Program-made: the position numbers and the translations under genes
DNA from: an uncultured bacterium
GTDB taxonomy: Bacteria; Babelota; Babeliae; Babelales; RVW-14
Assembly (NCBI GenBank): GCA_963759805.1
Contig: CAVXAT010000015.1
Location: 1 to 14,726 of the forward strand
Direction: 5' to 3'
Length of the DNA: 14,726 nucleotides
The notes under the pieces: model-generated
Databases searched by the model: none
Told to the model about the DNA's origin: nothing
Seen by the model: the letters and a program-made list of their open reading frames with translations, nothing else
Shown: in pieces, positions 6,723-14,726 of the stretch
Numbering within the stretch: position 1 is the stretch's first letter
How the letters are laid out: each line of letters begins with the position of its first letter

Positions 6723-7673
6723 ATGGATATAAATTACGAGCAGTTTGCTGAAAAAATCATTGCGTTTCATTTCAATCAGATGCCCAAATATATCAAGCGA
6801 ATAACGATTGGCATTTGTAATGAGGTTTATGATGTTGGCCTTGGTGATCAAGAAATTATTATACGTCTGAGCATGCAGGATAAATATTTGATGGGATCGC
6901 ATGATCATATAACAAAACTGAAAGCACTGGGAATTAAAGTTCCAGAGATTTTGGCTGAGGATTACAGCAAAACCAAATTTCCATTTTCATATCAGATTCA
7001 AAGCAAGATTGAAGGGCATGACCTTGGCTGCGTAATAGAAACCCTTGCAGATGAACAATTGATGTTATTAGCCAAAGAAATCGTAAATATCTTCAACAAA
7101 ATTAAAACCATACCATCAAGCAATAAATTTGGAGTCATCTGGGGTGGCGGCAACAATGATGTTAGCGATACCTGGACTGAAAGAATGAGAATATGGATAG
7201 ACGAGTCTCTTGGGCGTGGTTACAATACTGGCATAATGAATGATGATATTGCCGATCTGGCAGATGGTCTTTATTACGAATATCAATCCTATTTCGATCA
7301 AGTTAAACCAACAACTTATTTTGGGGATATTTGCTCCAAAAATGTGATGATAACGAATGGTGCATTTAGTGGACTTGTCGACTTAGATGGCCTAACGCAA
7401 GGTGATCCACTGGAGGCTATTGGGCGAATAAAGTTAAGTTGGTACGGAACTCACCACGGCAAAGTTTATACTGATGCGATCATGGATGAAATGCAGCTTG
7501 ATGCGATACAAAGAAAAATAGTTACAGTATATTCTCTACTAAACCAGATCTCATGGATGTGTGAAAATGGGATTCAATTCAATCAAAACACTAAACCTGT
7601 TGTGGATAGAAATAAAGAACTAGCAGATAAAAAAATAATTGATGCTTTGGCTGCAGAGTTTAAAATAGTCTGA
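6723..7673 (+). CDS. Aminoglycoside phosphotransferase (APH)/choline-kinase superfamily protein
   Basis: GICNEVY, IIRL, GIKVPEIL, catalytic GDICSKNV, Mg-binding VDLD and GDPL. ATG 6723 is preferred to TTG 6714. Confidence 0.82.
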   Translation: MDINYEQFAEKIIAFHFNQMPKYIKRITIGICNEVYDVGLGDQEIIIRLSMQDKYLMGSHDHITKLKALGIKVPEILAEDYSKTKFPFSYQIQSKIEGHDLGCVIETLADEQLMLLAKEIVNIFNKIKTIPSSNKFGVIWGGGNNDVSDTWTERMRIWIDESLGRGYNTGIMNDDIADLADGLYYEYQSYFDQVKPTTYFGDICSKNVMITNGAFSGLVDLDGLTQGDPLEAIGRIKLSWYGTHHGKVYTDAIMDEMQLDAIQRKIVTVYSLLNQISWMCENGIQFNQNTKPVVDRNKELADKKIIDALAAEFKIV

Positions 7674-7703
7674 ATATATGTTAAAACTTGGTCAGGAGAT
7701 CTT

Positions 7704-8423
7704 ATGGCAAAAGTTCTTATTGGGGCACTGGTAGGCATGGGCCCAAATTCTACGGCACCATTTTATGACGCTGTAATGAACTACGCAAGAACGTTATACG
7801 GCGCAAAAAATGATATTGATTTTCCAGAAATGGTTATGATTTCTCTGCCGACTCCATTTGTTCCAGGTGCTGCGCTTGACGATTTAAAAATGATTTCGAT
7901 ATTAACAGACGCGGTGCAAAGGTTAAATCGCTTTGGTGTGAACTACATTGTTATACCGTGCAATGTTGTACATAGATATTATGACGACATGCAGCAGGTT
8001 TCGGCTGTGCCAATATTAAACATCATAGATATTGCAGTGAATAGATTACTGGAAAACTCATCCCAAACAGCGCCAATTGCTCTGATTGGAACTCGCAGCA
8101 CAATTGATGCAGGTTTGTATCAGCAGCGGTTAACTGAAAAAGGCATCAAGATTTTTCATACTCAAGAATTACAACGCAAAGTCGACGGACTGCTTTTAGA
8201 ATTAAAGAGAAAAAATGAATCAGAGTTGGCAAGAGCTTGTTGGTATAATCTTGTAAAATACCTTGAGAAAAATTGTTGTGCTGCAGGAATAATTGCTTGC
8301 ACCGATATTTCACCTCTTATCGATTTTTACACCGAAAATTTAATGTTGATAGATTCGATGGACGCTTTGGCTCAAGCAACAATTGAAGAGTTCATGCGGT
8401 TGAGGGCAGAGCAGCATGTCTAA
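7704..8423 (+). CDS. Aspartate/glutamate racemase family (RacX/YgeA-like)
   Basis: GMGPNSTAPFY; both catalytic cysteines are present (IVIPCN and IIACTD); SD AGGAG at 7694-7698. Confidence 0.9.
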   Translation: MAKVLIGALVGMGPNSTAPFYDAVMNYARTLYGAKNDIDFPEMVMISLPTPFVPGAALDDLKMISILTDAVQRLNRFGVNYIVIPCNVVHRYYDDMQQVSAVPILNIIDIAVNRLLENSSQTAPIALIGTRSTIDAGLYQQRLTEKGIKIFHTQELQRKVDGLLLELKRKNESELARACWYNLVKYLEKNCCAAGIIACTDISPLIDFYTENLMLIDSMDALAQATIEEFMRLRAEQHV

Positions 8424-8931
8424 AAATTTCACGTTCAAACCGGTTGATGCAAATGATCTGCCTCTTTTATACGCATGGTTTAAAAAACCACACGTCGATC
8501 TATGGTGGCCAGTGCCAGACGAGCAAGAAGATTTTTTTAAATCATTCTTGGAACGAATTCGTGCAGGAGTAAAGAAGCCATACATGGTTTTGTTAAACGA
8601 TTTGCCAATTGGATACATTCAAAGTTACAGCATTAACAAAACGACACATTCATGGCTACCGAAATTACCCAGCGATGGAAATGTTGTTGGCATTGATCAG
8701 TTTATTGGTGAGCCGGATTATCTTTATAAAGGATTTGGACCACTTTTTATAAAACAATTTGTTGATGATCTTATCGCAAACGATCCAAGCATTACAGTTA
8801 TTGTTGATCCTGACCCAACAAATTCTGTGGCAATAAGATGCTATGAAAAGGTTGGATTCAAAAGGTTTGGCGTATATCAGGCTCCTTGGGGACCTGCATT
8901 GGTTATGACTCATAGTCAATATAAAAATTAG
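8416..8931 (+). CDS. GNAT acetyltransferase, AAC(6')-Ib/Ie-like (Acetyltransf_8-type)
   Basis: PHVDLWW, PIGYIQSY, GIDQFIGEPDYLYKGFG and DPDPTNSVAIRCYEKVGF. The start overlaps the racemase stop. Confidence 0.88.
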   Translation: MSKNFTFKPVDANDLPLLYAWFKKPHVDLWWPVPDEQEDFFKSFLERIRAGVKKPYMVLLNDLPIGYIQSYSINKTTHSWLPKLPSDGNVVGIDQFIGEPDYLYKGFGPLFIKQFVDDLIANDPSITVIVDPDPTNSVAIRCYEKVGFKRFGVYQAPWGPALVMTHSQYKN

Positions 8932-8968
8932 TAAAATCGGGTTTTATCCAATTAAATTCGATGTTTTT

Positions 8969-9015
8969 GCTTATTTAAGCCAATTTGCTACTTTAAACTT
9001 AGCAAATTAATAAGC
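8969..9015. repeat. Interrupted inverted repeat (operator or hairpin) upstream of the 9078 gene
   Basis: AATTTGCTA (8982-8990) / TAGCAAATT (9000-9008), extended by GCTTATT (8969-8975) / AATAAGC (9009-9015). Confidence 0.5.
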
Positions 9016-9077
9016 TGAAAACCTGAGCTAAAAATACGCAGGTCGAAGATAAAATTTATAAATTTAGGGGCATTGAT

Positions 9078-10406
9078 ATGCAATTGGTTAGATCTTTAAT
9101 TTATTCAATTTTTTTTATTTGCATTGTAGTAAGCGCATCTATGTGTGCTGACCAAAGTAATTTTGAAGATAAAGCTGTTCAACAAGGAATAACGGCGAGG
9201 TTTTTTTTATCTGAATTAACTGTCCCAACTAACATGCCTAATGGTTCTTATGTGGATGGCCTAGAGGATGTCCTTAAGGAAATTTTAAAATCTGGTAGTT
9301 CAACTCAAAAAGAAACTGCTGCGAATTTTATTAATTACATGCTGTTTAACTACAAATCAGAAGATTGGGTTGATAACAAGGACTTTAGTTTAGTAAGGGT
9401 TTTGTTTTCAGATGAATCGAAAAGAGAAAAATTTTTAAATTTGTGCAAAGATGTGCATGCAAGGCAAACCAGTGTCATTTGCAATCCATCAGATAAAGAT
9501 AAAGCAGCTTTCATGGACTTTATAAATCGTTGCAATGCTGCAATTGACTGCAATACTGGAATTAAAGATGTTATCGAGGATATCAGTCATTTAACGCTGG
9601 AATCATGCAACTACAATTTCAACAAGGATTTATTGAAAATCTGCACCAGGCTCACAAAGTACCCTGAATTCTTTGATGTAGGCTTAAAGTTTATGCAGGA
9701 ATACAGTGAACTGGGTAGTCCATTTAGTTATGATGATGAATTTCATAAGTTCTATAGCAAATTAATCTTTAATAATACGGATCGATTTTGTACAACAGAA
9801 AAAATACAACAATACGTATTAAGCGATACTCAAAGTTGCAAATTAATTGGCGCTCTTGTGATAGGAATGCTTATCTTTAAAGAATTTACCAGCAATGATT
9901 TACACGCATGTAAAAATGGTTACTTATATTTATATGATCTAGCAAATATAATCAGATACATCAGACTAAATTCTGAAGATAAAGTTCATGACTTTATTTG
10001 GAATGGATTTAACGATTGTTACGCTAATGCTGATTTACAGGATCAGCTTGATTCATTGTTTAGCGAGCATGATAATAGCCTACTGCGTAAAGATTTATTT
10101 ATTGCAGGAATGTTTTTTTCAAGAGCTTATTCGTACCAAAATGTTAATTACAATTTCTTAGATATTTCATGTATTTACGGGCTACTAAGTTCAATTGGGT
10201 ATAATGATCAAAACATCGTATATTTTTTGGACAGAGCCAGAAGCGAACAACCTACAAGCCTTGAAGATCTTATTGATTCTTGTTCTGGTCACACATGCTA
10301 TTGCCATGATTGTCTTCTTGAAAAGGAAAAAAGTGATGGCTTCAGTGAAATTGATTTTAATGATATTGGCCTTATCGATGGTTTCAGTTGTTATTGCACA
10401 AATTAA
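9078..10406 (+). CDS. Secreted hypothetical protein with a Cys/His-rich acidic C-terminus
   Basis: 442-aa ORF with SD AGGGG, an N-terminal signal-like segment and C-terminal CSGHTCYCHDC...CYC. No family recognised. Confidence 0.75.
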   Translation: MQLVRSLIYSIFFICIVVSASMCADQSNFEDKAVQQGITARFFLSELTVPTNMPNGSYVDGLEDVLKEILKSGSSTQKETAANFINYMLFNYKSEDWVDNKDFSLVRVLFSDESKREKFLNLCKDVHARQTSVICNPSDKDKAAFMDFINRCNAAIDCNTGIKDVIEDISHLTLESCNYNFNKDLLKICTRLTKYPEFFDVGLKFMQEYSELGSPFSYDDEFHKFYSKLIFNNTDRFCTTEKIQQYVLSDTQSCKLIGALVIGMLIFKEFTSNDLHACKNGYLYLYDLANIIRYIRLNSEDKVHDFIWNGFNDCYANADLQDQLDSLFSEHDNSLLRKDLFIAGMFFSRAYSYQNVNYNFLDISCIYGLLSSIGYNDQNIVYFLDRARSEQPTSLEDLIDSCSGHTCYCHDCLLEKEKSDGFSEIDFNDIGLIDGFSCYCTN

Positions 10407-12740
10407 GTTAATTTGACTTTCAATTGTGTTAATTTCGAGCTTAATAGTTCAAGCTTTTGTTTTAGTTTAGTTAACGAGTTTTTTAGATGCTTAAGCTTTA
10501 ATCGTAGATTTGTTTGTTGTTCAAAACTTGTCCACTCAGATTGTGTAATTTCAGGAGATTCTTCAATAGCACGCATAATCTCTGCAGGGTCAAGATCTAT
10601 AAGAAATTCTTTAAGCGGTTTAGTTTGTCTTTTAAAAAGATCTCGAAGTACGAATAACTGAGCCTGATATTCAACAAGATTTAATTTTGCCAGGTATGTT
10701 AGTCCATAAAAATTAAGATTGCCCTCGTGGCTGCCTTTCTTGGACTCTTTAAATTTCCACAAGAATTGATCTTTGTTTGTTGGGGGAACTGGCGGTTGAG
10801 GATTGAGGTTTTTGGCAGAGTAACTTAAAAACCAAGACTTTCCCATAAATTCAAATGAGATCGTTATAGACGCTGAATCCTTTATAAAGAAACCTGTTAG
10901 CTTAGTGTTTATAACAACATTTTGCAGTGTAATCCTCTGCTTTACCTGTTTTTTAATATCCAAGAATTTTTTAAACTCATCCTTGTCATGCAGGATTTCA
11001 GAAAAATCGTTGAACCCTTCAAGCTCTTTAATAAAGAAAGTTTTTGAAGAAGTTCTACCTCGTAAAATTAAAAAGCTATCTCGCAAGAAATTGAGGATTC
11101 CATTTTGAACATCTGGGACTCCCGCATTTGGCAGGCTAATCTTAGCAAATAAATTAATGCTGTCTCCATGCTGCATTGAAACAATCTGTGGATAAATATA
11201 AAAATCTTTTGTTACGGCTACACCCTTACAGATAGAATCAATGCATGGAATCGACGGAAAATATCTATAAAGACTGGACATCCATGGCGGTAATTTATTT
11301 GCAGGCCATGATGCCTTTTGAGGTGCCAGCACAATGTTCGCAAAAACAATCTCTGAATATAATAGCAAAAACAGCTTATCTTTAATTTCAATATGCCCGT
11401 CTATGCCAAAACTTAAAGCATGTGCCGTCTCAGCTCCGCTTATATCAATTTCCTTTAATTGAACCTTTCCCAAAGCTTTTAAAATGTTTGCATCAGTCAT
11501 ATTTACGCAGCTATTAAAAACCTGAAACCAACCGACTTCAGGAATTAAAGTCTGAGGAACATTATTAGGGCCAAGCAATCTAAGATACCAAAGTTTAGGT
11601 AAGGATACTTTACTTAAAACACTGAGTAAGCCGCTTCTTTGCTCCAATTCTCTTATTTCTGCCTTTATTTTTTTCATTGCTTCAACATCAGCAGTCTCTT
11701 TTTTTGGCTCTAATTGCGACTAATTTTTCTACAAAATTACTGTATCCATTTTGAAAGTTTTCTAATGCATCAAAGTACGCCCTAAGATTGACGTTGGATG
11801 AATCTTCCATTGTCCAGTCCGATGTTGTTGGAGCATCAGTGATTGCATCAACTATTATGAGATATTTTATTCTGACGGGCATCTTGTTCTTAACCTGGAT
11901 TAAATCAAGATTTTTACCACCTGCAACACACGTTGAAATTCGCACGGATTTCGTATAAATCTTGTCGTTAAGGAAAAGTAAGGTGGTGGCCATATCGTTG
12001 ACTGGCAGGCCTGCTACAGAGGACTTTTCAGGGGCATCAGAAGAATAATCTCCATGCCCAGACATGTATACATTGCAAGGCTGTGAGAGTTTTAACGCAT
12101 CAAGGTCTTCAACAGGATTGAAAATCGAAGACATTTGATTAGGATCAAATTTTTTATAGATTGTTATATCTAATGCCTTTGGCGCTGCAATATCGGATGA
12201 CAAATCTTTTGCATATGGAATACATTTCAGATTTTCATCGGACAATAACCTTTTGGCTTCTTCTGGCGCATCATCAGCCCAGGCTATTTTGGGAAATCTA
12301 ACTTTCACAGAACCACTATACACTTCATTGGATGGGATATCTATTTTAGTCCATTTGGTTTTATTAAAAATTGGGTTGTCGTAATTGTGTGGAACCAATG
12401 CTAAAAATTGCGTATCTTGTATGTGTAGAAATCCCAATCAGATAAGTTAAAGTTAATTTTTACGAGAATATGATCTGGTTTATTTGTGTATTTTCTGAGT
12501 ACAAGATTTTTTAAGACATAATCTGACACAATGGCAATATCTAGAGCACCTTGTGAGATCGCACATGCAAAATCGTATGTTATTGCTCCACCAGTTCCCT
12601 TGCAAAGCTTTTCTTTACTACTTCCAATAAAAAAACCAATTTATCGTGGTTTAACATTTTCACCAACAACAGGCTCAACCTTTGCTGCAAAAATAGTTGA
12701 TCCTTAAGAAAAACCCCCATAACATCATTAGCTTACGCAT
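10403..12740 (-). pseudogene. Large secreted hypothetical protein (~775 codons) broken by at least 4 lesions; includes listed ORFs 11688-12437 and 10403-11677
   Basis: AAGGAG plus ATG 12740 gives MRKLMMLWGFFL, frameshift ~12704, GSTIFAAKVEPVVGENVKPR, TAA 12643-12641, IGFFIG...LSDWDFY, frameshift ~12422, IQDTQFLALVP...AIRAKK, A7 run 11705-11699, ETADVEAMKKIKAEIRELE. The pieces join into one protein-like sequence. Confidence 0.75.
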
Positions 12741-12767
12741 CCCTTGCTCCTTTTAAATTAGTCCCAT

Positions 12768-14285
12768 TTAAACGGCGTTTTTAACCGTTGCCTCTAACCA
12801 TTTTCGGTCGACTTTAGAACAATGATCACATTTTTCTTTAAAATTTTGTAAAACATCTTTGTAACATTCTATTGCTTCACCACGTCTACCGAGCAAATCC
12901 AAAACCTCTCCGCGCCAAACTTTTATGCAATGACCGAATTCTTTCAATTGTTCTGGATTTGATTTTGGAACTGTATGTTCGTACTGCTGCAGCGCATATA
13001 AAGCATTTTCATAAAAGACGTGAGCATCATTCTTTTGAGGGCTAAAAAAACAATGGAAAAATAGCCACCATGTTGAAGCTTCTTTAGATTTTGTTTTAAC
13101 GGCTTGATCAAATAGAGCTAAAATTTTATTCTCGCGTTCCTGCTTATCTTGCAAAGATTGTGCCATGACTATTTTAAGTTCAAAATCTGAAGGAGGGTTT
13201 GGCCATGTCAGCCTATTCCCAGGCCTGTATTCTATTTGAGTTTTAACAGCTTTCTCTAAAAATGTTTGTAAAATATCAAAAAACTTTTCTGGTTCATCCC
13301 CAAAAATACGATGTCCTGATTTTTTAAAGATTTCTACTTGGGAATGTGGGTGATATCTACGCATTAATTCTGCTTTATCTGTATCCCATGTTAAATCCCA
13401 TTTTCCCTCAAATATCAAAGTTGGAATTTCAAAATCATCAAACATTCCATCCAATCCAATTTTATCTTCGTCTGAGCAAATCAAGTCTCTAAATCCAGGG
13501 GCAGGGTTTCATTCATAAAGAGCTTCCCTAATAAATCCTTCAGGTGTTGGCTTATAATAAGATTGACGTTTCCAATCTCCAGTCAGATGCGCATTGTATA
13601 AAGCTTGCACCAAGGTGAGTTGACCATCACCTTCAGCCAACCAAACTTTTCTTATTGCGGCTTGCTCTTCCTTTGAAATAAACATCTGTTGCCGACTGGG
13701 CTTCATTTTGACTTTTTTCGGTCCATCAGCTGCCGCTACGAGAATTAATCCATTAACGTTTTCTGGATAAGTTAGAGCATAGCATTGTGCTAAAAATTCG
13801 CCATAAGACCAGCCCAAAACAACCCACTGATCAATTTTCAATGCTTTTCTTAAGCTTTCTAAATCTTCAACAGCTTGTCTGACCGAGTAGGTTTTGCCTG
13901 TATTATCTATACTTGATTTACCTGTACCTCGCTGATCGTAATAAATTATGTGTGCAAAATCCCTGGCTCGAGAAAAGCATGGGTGAAAATCGTGATGTGT
14001 GCCTCCTGGCCCTCCATTGATTAAAACTAGCGGAATCCCACGGCCTTCTTCTTCGTAATAAAGTTTGCCGTCTAAAATATCGATGAATCCCTTTTTTAGA
14101 TCAAATATTTCATCACACAGTGGCGGCAGTTTTGAAATATCAAGAATCAATTTATCTGGAATATTTACAACTTTATCAAAAATTGTTTCACGTATTGAAG
14201 GGTTACGAAACCAATCGCAAGCTGGTAATGCCAATGATAAAATAATCACAGCAACAAATACTAGGATTTTGGTATTATCCCTCAT
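12768..14285 (-). pseudogene. Lipoprotein alpha/beta hydrolase (proline iminopeptidase-like) with a TPR-like C-terminus and one in-frame TGA
   Basis: Lipobox LPAC, LINGGPG, YDQRGTGKS, GWSYG, PTLIFEGKWD and SGH. The two listed ORFs are in the same frame (ALYE-TGA 13511-13509-NPAPGFRDLICSD), 505 codons in total. Confidence 0.85.
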
Positions 14286-14316
14286 TAGAACTCCTTTTTT
14301 TGTTTCAACTCAAATA

Positions 14317-14726
14317 TTATTTTTTACTCAACACATCTATGGCTTTTTTAAATTCTTGTGATTCAAAATTATCCAAAACTTGGCTAAAAAAAGTTTTTAA
14401 AACCAGTAAGCCATTTTCAGGTTTACTTAAATCAATGCTACGAATTTCTTTTACGAAATCGATAAACGTGGGGGCTGTGATCAATCCATATTTTTGGATG
14501 GTTTCTGCTGGCACCCTCTTTAGCCAATCGAAAGCCCATTTAAGCAAAATTACCTGCTTCATTAAATAAAATTTTGCATTTTCCGCAGCAGAGGGCTGTC
14601 GTCCAAGATATGTTTCAATCAATATTTTTTCATGATCAGAATCGGAATAAAAATACGAGGCCACTGTTGCTACATCAAAATAAGGATCGCCTTGTCCAGC
14701 ATCTTCATAATCAACTGCTTTAAATT
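14317..14726 (-). CDS. Choline/ethanolamine kinase-APH family phosphotransferase, 3' part (5' end lies outside the window)
   Basis: The frame is open to the window edge: FKAVDYEDAGQGDPYFDVATVASYF, matching the DxExA/GDPxxD kinase motif. Confidence 0.8.
   Translation of the reverse strand, partial: FKAVDYEDAGQGDPYFDVATVASYFYSDSDHEKILIETYLGRQPSAAENAKFYLMKQVILLKWAFDWLKRVPAETIQKYGLITAPTFIDFVKEIRSIDLSKPENGLLVLKTFFSQVLDNFESQEFKKAIDVLSKK

Noticed and set aside
3771..8940. Integron cassette array of resistance-like genes
   Set aside because: Spacers are at most 90 nt, mostly 40 nt or less, or genes overlap. No attC-like RYYYAAC...GTTRRRY structures and no integrase are visible.
9015..9067. Hammerhead ribozyme-like CTGA...stem...CGAA pattern
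   Set aside because: The core deviates from CUGANGA/GAAA (here CTGAAAA/CGAAG), and I could not build convincing stems I and III.
13509..13511. TGA-to-Trp recoding (genetic code 4) or selenocysteine
   Set aside because: Trp is encoded by TGG throughout the window, and TGA ends intact genes (6715-6717, 7671-7673). A single nonsense mutation is simpler.
1176..14569. Short alternative-frame or antisense ORFs (e.g. 1176-1370, 2300-2527, 2552-2779, 3815-4093, 4051-4326, 4298-4687, 6226-6426, 6612-6908, 7116-7301, 8340-8618, 8665-8919, 9350-9553, 10195-10416, 10413-10661, 10905-11108, 14065-14361, 14300-14569)
   Set aside because: They are shadows of longer, better-supported genes and have no recognisable motifs.
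1..14726. CRISPR array, tRNA or rRNA genes
   Set aside because: No regularly spaced repeats or cloverleaf/rRNA-like segments were seen. Non-coding space is small and otherwise explained.

Overview
AT-rich bacterial window. The many secreted hypothetical proteins and the gene decay suggest a host-associated lineage such as Ca. Dependentiae/Babelota (inference only). From left to right it holds: (1) the 5' end of a frameshifted SF2 (ResIII/DEAD-like) helicase on the minus strand; (2) a sigma70 promoter and a complete T-box riboswitch (486-712); (3) an archaeal/eukaryote-type aspS split in frame by a 1729-bp IS3-family element; (4) a tight plus-strand cluster of an alpha/beta hydrolase, a GNAT, an AadA-like nucleotidyltransferase, an APH-like kinase, an Asp/Glu racemase and an AAC(6')-like GNAT; (5) a secreted Cys-rich hypothetical protein; (6) decaying minus-strand genes, namely a multiply disrupted secreted protein with a clan CD protease-like motif, a lipoprotein hydrolase with an in-frame TGA, and a partial choline-kinase-like gene. 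The main find is the T-box. It has the ultrashort Stem I architecture I know from actinobacterial ileS translational T-boxes, but it carries an Asp (GAC) specifier. It has no terminator, and its T-box bulge itself can pair over the aspS Shine-Dalgarno. The second find is the IS3 element, which carries two diverged orfA paralogues and ends in TA rather than TG.
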